Source: an uncultured Bacteroides sp. (lineage in GTDB: Bacteria > Bacillota > Clostridia > Lachnospirales > Lachnospiraceae). Taken from it: DNA of 64,000 nt. The notes under the pieces were generated by a model that saw only the letters and a program-made list of their open reading frames with translations, was not told the DNA's origin and ran no database searches. This document shows, piece by piece, positions 1 through 8,589 of the stretch (its first letter is position 1; each line of letters opens with the position of its first letter). The translations under genes and the position numbers were made by a program. The stretch is taken from contig CAZLZH010000002.1 in assembly GCA_964563955.1 (NCBI GenBank), forward strand, positions 12,517 through 76,516. Reading direction: 5' to 3'.

Positions 1-1002
1 ACCGATCTCGTTTCTTGTAACGGTTTCCTTCTGTTCCTTCAAGGAATATGTAAAAAATCCCGGAATCACTTTTTTCTTATCAATCCCCATTGCTTCCATA
101 ATCGGCATGTTTTGAGGAATCTGCTTTTCATCGAACATTTGATAATCCGATAATGTCATAGCCAATGTAGATGTCAGTGTGCCGACAGTCAGCACCGGGA
201 CAAGCTCATTTGCAAGACCGGCAAATAGGCTGGTTCCACCGACCAATACGATGGCAGATGGCTTTAACCTGTAAATCGCGTTCAACAACTGTTGCATTTC
301 ATCCAAATTCGGCATATCTTTTTCACATTGATAGAACGGAATCGTATGATTCTTCCAATTCACATGATTGAGATTCACATATGTATCAATTTTATTCCCC
401 GCATAGCCCCCGAAATAATGGACAGCTCCCGCCATGGACAGCATCTCTGCTGTATTGATCAACAATACCTTCTTTTTAGTACTCTGCAAAATGGCACATC
501 TATCCAAGACCGTTTTCGTAGGTCCATGTGCTTCACTCAAAAATTGCTCCACTAAAACGACCACTGTATCCGGGTCTCGTTGGTCTGCCGGTATTCTGTT
601 CATAGGAATCGCTATGGCTTTCTTACACTCGTTGAATGCCGTTTGCAGCAGCTTCCATGTATTTGTATATGTTTCCGTGCAATTCAGCTTCGGAGTCTGA
701 AACAACAGACTTATCAACTGACTTGTCAGAAAATATTTGTTCTGCCAATTCAGCTCATAGCTTGCTTGTACATAGTTGATAAATTGATTGCATAAATCTA
801 TAGATGGCGCTACGCTAAGCACAAACGAATAGATCCACACATCCATATAAACATTCCGACCGATATACGACAACAGTCTGTCTACATGTTCGGCATCCAT
901 ACCTTCTGCATTATGGCTTATGGTTTCCTTTATCGTTTCCGCGGTTTCATAATCAAATCGTCCCTGTTCAATGGACTCTATAAGCCTCTCAAATCCTACC
1001 AT
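1..1002 (-). CDS. Glycosyltransferase-like protein of the flagellin-modification locus (3' end runs off the window)
   Basis: Not in the ORF track. I translated an open minus-strand frame from ATG at 1002 (preceded by GAGGT) to base 1 with no stop: MVGFERLIESIEQG...VLLINTAEML...PSAIVLVGGTSLFAGL...FTYSLKEQKETVTRNEIG. The product is inferred from position next to maf and from general resemblance. Confidence 0.5.
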   Translation of the reverse strand, partial: MVGFERLIESIEQGRFDYETAETIKETISHNAEGMDAEHVDRLLSYIGRNVYMDVWIYSFVLSVAPSIDLCNQFINYVQASYELNWQNKYFLTSQLISLLFQTPKLNCTETYTNTWKLLQTAFNECKKAIAIPMNRIPADQRDPDTVVVLVEQFLSEAHGPTKTVLDRCAILQSTKKKVLLINTAEMLSMAGAVHYFGGYAGNKIDTYVNLNHVNWKNHTIPFYQCEKDMPNLDEMQQLLNAIYRLKPSAIVLVGGTSLFAGLANELVPVLTVGTLTSTLAMTLSDYQMFDEKQIPQNMPIMEAMGIDKKKVIPGFFTYSLKEQKETVTRNEIG

Positions 1003-1050
1003 ACCTCTATCCCCCATTATTTATCATCCGCCATTTCATATTTACGGTTT

Positions 1051-2898
1051 TCAGACTTCCGGTTTCAGCTTAGCCATGCACTCATCTATCATAGCATTGA
1101 TCTCCGGCACGGTGTCCGCAAGACCTCTGTAATATTTCGAGCTGTTCTGATACAAGCGTATGGACTCTTGCAGGTCATCCTCCATCTCCTCATAGACTGT
1201 GGAATTAAAATCATAATCCGTCTGCGCAGCAACCTTCGTAAAGAGTATCTGCTCCTCCATATTCGTAAGCTTTTTATCCAACCCTGCCATTCTGGCATTG
1301 ATAGCCTTTAATGCCTGCGTATCAATCCTTTTGGCAATCAGCATATCGGCAGCACGCGTACAGTCGACGCTGATTTCCGTCATTTCCGCACCTATGTCGC
1401 TTAGATGCTCCCGCATACCTTTTAGGGTATCGATAATCACGCTTTGCTCCTGAAACAAACGCTGCTTGGAGCGCAAAATTCCCTCGACATCACACTCCAC
1501 CGTACAATACTTATCAATCGCATCCCGAAGGGGCATGATCGTCGTATTCTTTTTAAATGCACCGCCCTCCGTCGCATCAATAAATTCCACATCCGGACAG
1601 GAGTACGCCAAATCCTCAATGTTTTTAATGAACATAAAGTAGTCCATCTTTGTCACGACATCTTCACCATAGATATCCTTGACCATAACAAGATTTTTTT
1701 TACTAAATTCATTTCCTACCAATTTACTGCCATCCGCATATTGCTTTCCGCTCGTAAGAGCCAGATCCTGCCCTATCATGATGATCCTTTTAAAGCCCCA
1801 CTCCACAGCCAACGCCATGGCGGCAAGTGCAACCGAGCCTCCCGAGAACAAGCTTCTGATCTCCGAACCCTGCTCCTTAAAAAGTCTGTCCCAAACCAGA
1901 AAATCGGACGTATAAAAAATTAAATCCTTAGGCTTTACCAGCTCCAGTGCATCCGTGCTGGCACTCATATCCGCAAGCATGACGATATCAGAGAGTCCTT
2001 CTGCCTCAAAATTGCGCAGTTCTTTGTTGTTGTCGACTGTGATGATCGCATCCGGTCGGATTCCACGTTTCATGACCGTGCGAATCGCAGAATCAACCAC
2101 CAGTATAAACGCCCTGCCCTTCGCTTCCTTTAACAAATCTACATTTTTTTCCAGGGATGGACCCGCTGCCACAATGATAACCGGCAACCCCTCCGGAAAA
2201 GCACCCACATAAGAGATTCCCGCCCTGCATCCGGGCAGAAATCGCATATTTTGTATACTCGTATACGCAAACCGTTTGCCAAGATCAAGTATCGTATTCG
2301 TCTGTATATGATACTCAATCACTTTATCGGTTATGATGGAATGATAGGTTTTTAGCTGCTCCGGAAATATCTTTTTATAAACAGGCACCAAAAGATATTT
2401 ATTTTTGCCCTCATTAAATGTATTGGAATATTTCTGAAGGAAAAGACCAAACTGATCGTCGTTTAATCCTGCAACAGCAAGAAAAAACCGATTTGACGCA
2501 AGCAAATCTGTGATATCTATATCATGTATAACCCGCATAAATATATCCGCACAAGGCTCATACACAAAGCAGCCTGTATTTTTCTTATTTTTATTCAAAA
2601 ATTCTCGTGAAAAAGCGCCATTTCCAAGACCATACAAGGTAATATAACACTGTTCCGACATATCCAGGCAATCCGCCATAAACTTTTCTGCCTCTGCGGA
2701 TGGATTGTATCTTGAATTCAAATAATTTGCTTTTCCATCTTTATAATAGGTGACGACCGTATCTCCATTCTTTGCCAGCTCGGAAAGCGCAATTTCCTGA
2801 TTCCAGCAGTCCTCATACGCTAGGATGGCATCATACAAGCGTGCACCTCGTTTTTTAATTATCGCAAGATTCTTTTCATATATCGTTGGCATATTCAT
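1051..2898 (-). CDS. maf: Motility-associated factor (Maf/DUF115, MptE-like domain), putative flagellin glycosyltransferase
   Basis: 615 aa with family motifs IIVAAGPSLEKN, RPDAIITVD, SGGSVA and IIMIGQDLA; two genes downstream of flagellin. Confidence 0.8.
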   Translation of the reverse strand: MNMPTIYEKNLAIIKKRGARLYDAILAYEDCWNQEIALSELAKNGDTVVTYYKDGKANYLNSRYNPSAEAEKFMADCLDMSEQCYITLYGLGNGAFSREFLNKNKKNTGCFVYEPCADIFMRVIHDIDITDLLASNRFFLAVAGLNDDQFGLFLQKYSNTFNEGKNKYLLVPVYKKIFPEQLKTYHSIITDKVIEYHIQTNTILDLGKRFAYTSIQNMRFLPGCRAGISYVGAFPEGLPVIIVAAGPSLEKNVDLLKEAKGRAFILVVDSAIRTVMKRGIRPDAIITVDNNKELRNFEAEGLSDIVMLADMSASTDALELVKPKDLIFYTSDFLVWDRLFKEQGSEIRSLFSGGSVALAAMALAVEWGFKRIIMIGQDLALTSGKQYADGSKLVGNEFSKKNLVMVKDIYGEDVVTKMDYFMFIKNIEDLAYSCPDVEFIDATEGGAFKKNTTIMPLRDAIDKYCTVECDVEGILRSKQRLFQEQSVIIDTLKGMREHLSDIGAEMTEISVDCTRAADMLIAKRIDTQALKAINARMAGLDKKLTNMEEQILFTKVAAQTDYDFNSTVYEEMEDDLQESIRLYQNSSKYYRGLADTVPEINAMIDECMAKLKPEV

Positions 2899-2905
2899 CC
2901 CCTGT

Positions 2906-3181
2906 TTAGCTTAATCCGGCTAATATCTCTAACAATTCATACGTTATCAGATCCGCAAGCTCTGTGGCGTCCTGCTGCTCCATGGCATTCAGGATCGGTT
3001 CAAGCGCATCCTGAACAAGCCTCTTTCTTTCTTCCTCATCCTCTATCCATGTAGAGATCTCTGCAAGATTCGGTATAACCTCTCCCATCTGTGCAATCCC
3101 TTGCGATGCATATCCCTGATATAATACATCCGCAATCTCCTCCAACCGTATGCATGTAGTATCTAACAACTTTCTATCCAT
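2906..3181 (-). CDS. Small acidic hypothetical protein between flagellin and maf
   Basis: 91-aa ORF with strong RBS (GGAGGAGG), ending 7 bp before the maf start. Confidence 0.75.
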   Translation of the reverse strand: MDRKLLDTTCIRLEEIADVLYQGYASQGIAQMGEVIPNLAEISTWIEDEEERKRLVQDALEPILNAMEQQDATELADLITYELLEILAGLS

Positions 3182-3202
3182 ATATCTGCCTCCTCCTAAA
3201 AC

Positions 3203-3240
3203 AAAATACGGCTGACCCGAAAACGAGCCAGCCTATATTT
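3203..3240 (-). terminator. Stem-loop terminator after flagellin 1
   Basis: Minus strand GGCTGGCTCG-TTTT-CGGGTCAGCC followed by GTATTTTGTTTT. Confidence 0.6.
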
Positions 3241-3256
3241 TGTCAATAATTTTTAA

Positions 3257-4111
3257 TTACTGAAGTAATGAAAGTACACCCTGAGTAGACTGATTTGCCT
3301 GAGCGAGCATTGACTGAGCTGCCTGCTGAAGAATGTTATTCTTCGTGTAGTTCGTCATTTCAGTTGCCATATCAGTATCTCTGATCTGAGACTCAGCAGC
3401 TGTCAGGTTCTCTGAGTAGTTCTCGAGGTTATCGATTGTGTACTCAAGTCTGTTCTGCTTAGCACCAAGTGAAGATCTTGCATCAGATACTGTCTTGATA
3501 GCAGATGAGATAAGCTTCATAGCCGATGAAGCCTCATCATGGCTGAACATGTTAAGCTCTGCTGTTGTTGTAGATGAGTTTGTTGCAATCGTTGAACCAG
3601 AAGCACCGAAAAGTGTAGATGCGTTCATGGCCTTGATTGAAATCTTCATGTTCTCGCCAGAGTTAGCACCAACCTGAAGATACTTGCCTGTGAAGTCACC
3701 ATTCAAAAGCTTTGTTCCGTTGAATGCTGCCTTTGTAGAGATAGAATCGATCTCCTGTGCAAGCTCGTTGATCTCAGCCTGGATAGCTGAACGATCCTCA
3801 GTAGCGTTAACATCGTTAGCTGCCTTTGTAGCAAGCTCACCCATACGCTGAAGGATGCTATGAATCTGACTCATGTTTCCTTCTGCTGTCTGGATAAGAG
3901 ATACGCCATCCTCAGCATTCTTAACTGACTGGTTAATACCTCTGATCTGGTTTCTCATCTTCTCACTGATAGAAAGACCTGCTGCATCATCAGCTGCTCT
4001 GTTAACCTGGTAGCCGGATGACAACTTCTCAGTTGACTTCTGAACTGCCTTAACGTTTGTGCCTAACATTCTGTTTGTGTTTGCTGCCTGCAAATTGTGC
4101 TGTACTACCAT
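3257..4111 (-). CDS. fliC: Flagellin 1 (short, essentially D0/D1 only)
   Basis: N-terminal KLSSGYQVNRAADDAAGLSISEKMR and C-terminal RSSLGAKQNRLE...SQIRDTDMA...QGVLSLLQ; 284 aa. Confidence 0.97.
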   Translation of the reverse strand: MVVQHNLQAANTNRMLGTNVKAVQKSTEKLSSGYQVNRAADDAAGLSISEKMRNQIRGINQSVKNAEDGVSLIQTAEGNMSQIHSILQRMGELATKAANDVNATEDRSAIQAEINELAQEIDSISTKAAFNGTKLLNGDFTGKYLQVGANSGENMKISIKAMNASTLFGASGSTIATNSSTTTAELNMFSHDEASSAMKLISSAIKTVSDARSSLGAKQNRLEYTIDNLENYSENLTAAESQIRDTDMATEMTNYTKNNILQQAAQSMLAQANQSTQGVLSLLQ

Positions 4112-4152
4112 AATAATTCCTCCTTGAATTTATTCTCGCTTCCTTGCGAGAA
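4112..4152 (-). promoter_or_regulatory. CsrA-type binding sites in the flagellin 1 leader
   Basis: Hairpin TTCTCGC-AAGGAA-GCGAGAA (4133-4152) has GGA in the loop, and a second AGGA overlaps the SD (TTCAAGGAGGAA). This is the same architecture as the B. subtilis hag leader, and csrA and fliW are in the window. Confidence 0.7.
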
Positions 4153-4249
4153 GTACTAGGGCTATGCCCCGTGAATAGTATGTATGTTATACTCTTTCGA
4201 GTTATAACCTGTTTGAATCCGGAACCGTTCTTTGTTCCTTACATTTTAT

Positions 4250-4276
4250 ATATCGGATGGAAATTAGATTCCTTAA
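4250..4276 (-). promoter_or_regulatory. Sigma-28 (FliA/SigD) promoter of flagellin 1
   Basis: Minus strand GGGGTTAAG-N15-CCGATAT. Confidence 0.75.
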
Positions 4277-4301
4277 CCCCTTTTTTTAATTTTTTAAAAA
4301 A

Positions 4302-4784
4302 TTATTTTTTCTTATCATAGAGCAGAGAATCATTCACCATTCCATTCGCCATCGACTGATAATAGCGACTCGCCACATTCTTCGACTGTTTAACCTGCCG
4401 CAGCCCTTTAAATCGAATTGCAAATGCCTGTTCGAGTGCAGCCCGATTTCGTTCCTCCGCTGCCTCAATCTGCATCCCGGTATCTACACAAGCCCTGATC
4501 TTATCCTGAATATCAAGAAGCTCGGTACGATATGCCGCCGGATCTCCCTGTATCTCTAACCGAACCCGGTCATAGACAGAGGAAAAGCCCTTGTCGATCT
4601 CATTGATATTATCGATCAAAACCTCCTTTTGATCCACTGTCTCAGAAAATGCATCCTCATCAAACGTATCTGCTGCTGCAAGCTCCGCCTGTTTTTTTGT
4701 AATCGTCAGGATTTCCGTCAGATACTTCTGCTTTCTTACAAGAGATTCCTGCATAATCTTTACATATGTGCCTGTATTCGCCAT
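4302..4784 (-). CDS. FlgN/FliT-like flagellar export chaperone
   Basis: 160-aa helical ORF directly after fliS, at the position where Firmicutes carry fliT/flgN-like genes. Confidence 0.6.
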   Translation of the reverse strand: MANTGTYVKIMQESLVRKQKYLTEILTITKKQAELAAADTFDEDAFSETVDQKEVLIDNINEIDKGFSSVYDRVRLEIQGDPAAYRTELLDIQDKIRACVDTGMQIEAAEERNRAALEQAFAIRFKGLRQVKQSKNVASRYYQSMANGMVNDSLLYDKKK

Positions 4785-4835
4785 ATCAAAATCCCTTTCT
4801 ACTAATACATAAGTATCTGCCTTTCACAGGTGCGC

Positions 4836-5231
4836 TTATTGTGTTTCAAGTACAACCTGTGGTCCCTTCGCATTCGCCATAACCTGCTTCCACACATCCC
4901 GCATACCGCGAAGCTCATCCAATACCCGATTTAACATCTCCACATCCTTTGTCTTGTTTGCTTCCACAAGAAGTGCAAAGATATAATCATACATTCTCTG
5001 AAAATCTTCTGCTACCGCATATTTATGATTGAGTGTGGACGTAAGCTCCACGATGATATTCCGGCACTTCTGAACATTGAGATTTGTGGTCTCATAATCC
5101 TTTTTTTCCAATGCCATGATTGCTATATTGCAAAATTTAACTGCGCCTTCATAGAGCATCAAAGTAAGCTCTGCCGGTGACGCTGTATTTATTTTATTAT
5201 TTCCATAAGCTTTGGCTGCATTATAAGCCAT
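4836..5231 (-). CDS. fliS: Flagellar export chaperone FliS
   Basis: TASPAELTLMLYEGAVKF...IIVELTSTLN...LRGMRDVWKQ; follows fliD. Confidence 0.95.
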   Translation of the reverse strand: MAYNAAKAYGNNKINTASPAELTLMLYEGAVKFCNIAIMALEKKDYETTNLNVQKCRNIIVELTSTLNHKYAVAEDFQRMYDYIFALLVEANKTKDVEMLNRVLDELRGMRDVWKQVMANAKGPQVVLETQ

Positions 5232-5293
5232 ATTCTACCTCCGCCTTAACGTCGTACATCATGAGCTGCCCGCCTACATTCGTAATTATTACA

Positions 5294-7252
5294 TTACATA
5301 TTAGAACCAAACAGGGATGACAGGTAAGACTGCTGTGCCTGCATCTTTGCCATAGCACTCTCCATAGCGGAGAACTGATCGTAATACTTATCCTCCAGCT
5401 TCTGAAGCTTCTCCTGCCATTTTTCAATCTCATCATCATAATCATCGATTTCATTATCCAATGTTTTATCATTGTAGAAGGTCATAGTGCTTCGAACACC
5501 ATTTACAGCCTTCATCGATTGACGAAGATAATCGTACATCTGTGTACCAACGCCGGAGTTCGAACCGCTTCCGCCGAGTAACTGTGACACTGCATTCGGA
5601 TCCTTTGTCAGCATATCGCGAAGCTTATTTGTCTCCAACGCATACGCCTCGTCATCCTCGTCACCCAAGATATGTAATTTGCCATTTTCGCTGTAATCAC
5701 CGGTTACGATTCCAAGTGAGGAAAGTGACATCCGGGTTGTCGTGCCATCCTCCAATGTAACGGTCAACCCTTTATTTAACATCGTACGCATTCCGGAAAG
5801 AAGCGTCTGAAGCGTGGAATCCCGGCGTAGCAAGCCCTGCTTTGCCTTTGTCTCCCACTGCTCAATCTGTTTATCAGAAAGCTGAGAACGCTCTTCATCT
5901 GTCAGGGGATCATATCCGGCATCCTTTTCATTATAGAGAGTGTTCATCTCCTCAATGAGTTCATTATATGCCTTAACAAAGTTCTTTACGACGTTGTACG
6001 CTGCATCTACATCTGCTTCAACCTCAATGTTGATCGGCGAGTCGTTTGTAAAGCTTCCGGTCGCTGCATCATATGTGCCTGTTACACTCTTTGCGGTAAT
6101 CGTGAGACCATTCACGGTCATCGTGTTGCTGTCATTTCGATATTCAACACCGTTATAGTCGATAATCGCATCCTTTGCATCAATCTTCTTTGCCGTGCTG
6201 CCAAGTCCCAAAATCTCCAACGCATCTGCATCACTGGAGGTTACATTAAAGTCGTTGGCTGCGCCGGTCTTGGACGCATTGATATAAAAACGCCCCTGCT
6301 TCTCATCAAAGCTTGCGGATACTCCCATCTTTGAAAATGCAGTTGTCAGATCACTGATTTTCGAATCCTCAGCTACAACAAAATCCTTGCCGTTGATAGA
6401 AAATGTCGTTCCGACATTGATACCCAAATCAGCGAGCTTTGTGGAGCTCTTGATATCCGCGCTTGTAAAATCATACTGATATCTTACATCCGAAATACCG
6501 CTTAAAGTATTTGTAAGTCCGGCATCCTTATCCTGCTGATAGCCAACCTCGCCGGACAATCCGAGCGCAGTGCTTTCCACTGTGTAGATCTCGCCGACCG
6601 TGCTTCCGTCCTCCTGCGTCTTTGCTGAAGAATTTGTAAAGACAATCTGCCCGTCCACGACGCTTGCCTGCAAATTCTCATAGCCGGATGTTGCCTTCAG
6701 CTTTGCATTCAATGCGCTTAAGCTTTCAACACCATTGTCGCCACTGCCGCCAAGCTCCAAATTCAGTTCCGGAACCGTATCATTTCCGCTTTTAATCGTA
6801 ATCGTCTGACCTGCAAGCCCAAGATTATTTCCCTGTGCATCCGTCATATCTGCAAATTTGGTCGTTGCTCCGATCGATTTATATGACGTAAATGACTTCC
6901 CTGCGGTTTTGACATTTGCACCTGTCACATATGCAGAAGAAGCGATCTGTTTTACCGACACAGTATGTGTACCGTTTGTCGCACCGGCTCCTGCCGTAAC
7001 CGACACCTTTGTCGTATCGTTTGCAGTTGCCTTCTTCGTTCTATAGCTACTGACAGATTTGAATGCCGACAGCTGTGTCTTATAAAAATTCAGGATTTTT
7101 GTATTTAAGCTGCTCCAAATCTCTTTTTTCCACTCAACATCCTGCTTTTTCTGTTTAATCTTATTTACTTTTTCTGAGTTGGCGCTTACCAACTCCTTTA
7201 CCATGCTCTCCGTATCCAATCCGGATATCAGCCCTGTCATTCTCATGCCCAT
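5294..7252 (-). CDS. fliD: Flagellar filament cap protein FliD
   Basis: MTGLISGLDTESMVKEL N-terminus, GLLRRDSTL and YYDQFSAMESAMAKMQAQQSYL C-terminus. Confidence 0.95.
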   Translation of the reverse strand: MGMRMTGLISGLDTESMVKELVSANSEKVNKIKQKKQDVEWKKEIWSSLNTKILNFYKTQLSAFKSVSSYRTKKATANDTTKVSVTAGAGATNGTHTVSVKQIASSAYVTGANVKTAGKSFTSYKSIGATTKFADMTDAQGNNLGLAGQTITIKSGNDTVPELNLELGGSGDNGVESLSALNAKLKATSGYENLQASVVDGQIVFTNSSAKTQEDGSTVGEIYTVESTALGLSGEVGYQQDKDAGLTNTLSGISDVRYQYDFTSADIKSSTKLADLGINVGTTFSINGKDFVVAEDSKISDLTTAFSKMGVSASFDEKQGRFYINASKTGAANDFNVTSSDADALEILGLGSTAKKIDAKDAIIDYNGVEYRNDSNTMTVNGLTITAKSVTGTYDAATGSFTNDSPINIEVEADVDAAYNVVKNFVKAYNELIEEMNTLYNEKDAGYDPLTDEERSQLSDKQIEQWETKAKQGLLRRDSTLQTLLSGMRTMLNKGLTVTLEDGTTTRMSLSSLGIVTGDYSENGKLHILGDEDDEAYALETNKLRDMLTKDPNAVSQLLGGSGSNSGVGTQMYDYLRQSMKAVNGVRSTMTFYNDKTLDNEIDDYDDEIEKWQEKLQKLEDKYYDQFSAMESAMAKMQAQQSYLSSLFGSNM

Positions 7253-7291
7253 AATGACTGCCTCCCATCTTTTTCATACCTAAACTTCTGC

Positions 7292-7747
7292 CTAACGGCG
7301 TTCGTCAACCAAAAGTCCTGCCATTTCCCAAGCCTTTGCCAACATATCGAGTGCCTTCTCCGGAGGAATCTCCCGGATCACCTCGTCCGTATCGCTGTCT
7401 GTTACGGTAATCGAAATACGATTTGTATCCTCGTGATACTTAAAGCTAAGCTGTGTGTGTTTTATCACACTCGGCTGTCTTACCTTTTTATTCAAGTCAT
7501 CCACAGCAGCCTTTACCTTGTCCGAAGCAATTTCCTTGTCAGACTGCACACCTGCGCGGTCCTGCTGATTCCCGCTTTGATTGTCATTGCCTCCCTTGGA
7601 TGCAACCGGCGGCAGACTGTCTACCTGCACCTGTGCACCCTCCGCACTAACATTGATATTCTGTGTCTCTGCCGTGCGTGGTGTACTTGTCCGCGTCTGC
7701 GAACTTACATTTAAGGCTCCTACGCCTCCAATACCATCAATTGCCAT
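7292..7747 (-). CDS. flaG: Flagellar protein FlaG
   Basis: LSFKYHEDTNRISITVTDSDTDEVIREIPPEKALDMLAKAWEMAGLLVDERR motif. Start taken at MAIDGIG (7747, RBS AGGAGG) rather than the track start 7804. Confidence 0.9.
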   Translation of the reverse strand: MAIDGIGGVGALNVSSQTRTSTPRTAETQNINVSAEGAQVQVDSLPPVASKGGNDNQSGNQQDRAGVQSDKEIASDKVKAAVDDLNKKVRQPSVIKHTQLSFKYHEDTNRISITVTDSDTDEVIREIPPEKALDMLAKAWEMAGLLVDERR

Positions 7748-7823
7748 AATTATGCGCCTCCTTGCGTAATATAAAAAACCTCTTTGTGTGCCATCCTTGT
7801 GCACACAGTCTTTTCTACTTGTG

Positions 7824-7851
7824 TTATCGTCACAATATAAAAAATACTTTA
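7824..7851 (-). promoter_or_regulatory. Sigma-28-like promoter of flaG-fliD-fliS
   Basis: Minus strand TAAAG-N16-ACGATAA. Confidence 0.6.
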
Positions 7852-7858
7852 TATTATT

Positions 7859-8074
7859 TTACAACAGTTTTTTCAAACTTTCCACATCTAAATTCCGGGC
7901 AGCCTCTCTTGTTGCCTCCTGAATCTGTACATAGATTTCTTTCCGATAGACAGGCACGCTCTTCGGTGCGGATATTCCAAGCTTTATCTGGTCTCCTTTG
8001 ACCTCAAGCACGGTGATTTCGATATTTCCGCCTATCATAATGGATTCCCCTTGTTTTCTGGATAGTGCTAACAT
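7859..8074 (-). CDS. csrA: Carbon storage regulator CsrA
   Basis: MLALSRKQGESIMIGGNIEITVLEVKGDQIKLGISAPKSVPVYRKEIY. Confidence 0.97.
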   Translation of the reverse strand: MLALSRKQGESIMIGGNIEITVLEVKGDQIKLGISAPKSVPVYRKEIYVQIQEATREAARNLDVESLKKLL

Positions 8075-8075
8075 A

Positions 8076-8540
8076 TCATTCACCTGCCTTTTCTTTCAAT
8101 TTCTGAATTGCGTCATACGCGTTAAATTTAACCTCGTAATCTTCATTCTCTACAATAACCTGCATACCTTTTCTTTCCACGGCATTGATAATCATCGGTG
8201 CCCTCAGATTGGCTGTCATCTTTGTCAGATCCGACGGAATCGACAACGTTGTAAAAATCAGCACATCCGCATCGGCAGGATCTCCGATATTCTTCATCAG
8301 TTCATCTTCCACGATCGGATTGTAATTCTCGAAGAGCTCAAACGGATGAATAATCGGTAACGCAAGGAGCGGTTCCTCCATAGACTGAAGCCAGCTGATC
8401 TTAGAGCGCTCCTCACGTTCAGAATCATATATAATTGCAAATTTCCGAAGGTCCTCAAATCCGATAATTCCCATCGGGAACTCGATAAGCTTATCCTCTG
8501 CAATATCGACTGTGCCAAATAATTTTGTTTCTGCTACCAT
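8076..8540 (-). CDS. fliW: Flagellar assembly factor FliW
   Basis: TKLFGTVDI...FPMGIIGFE...WLQS...TANLRAPMIIN; adjacent to csrA. Confidence 0.93.
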   Translation of the reverse strand: MVAETKLFGTVDIAEDKLIEFPMGIIGFEDLRKFAIIYDSEREERSKISWLQSMEEPLLALPIIHPFELFENYNPIVEDELMKNIGDPADADVLIFTTLSIPSDLTKMTANLRAPMIINAVERKGMQVIVENEDYEVKFNAYDAIQKLKEKAGE

Positions 8541-8589
8541 TGTTACCCCTCCTTAGTCCTATATACATAAATATAGATGTTTCGCACTT

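Noticed and set aside
171-1311. Short plus-strand ORFs at the window start
   Set aside because: Shadows of the real minus-strand frame 1002 to below 1 and of maf.
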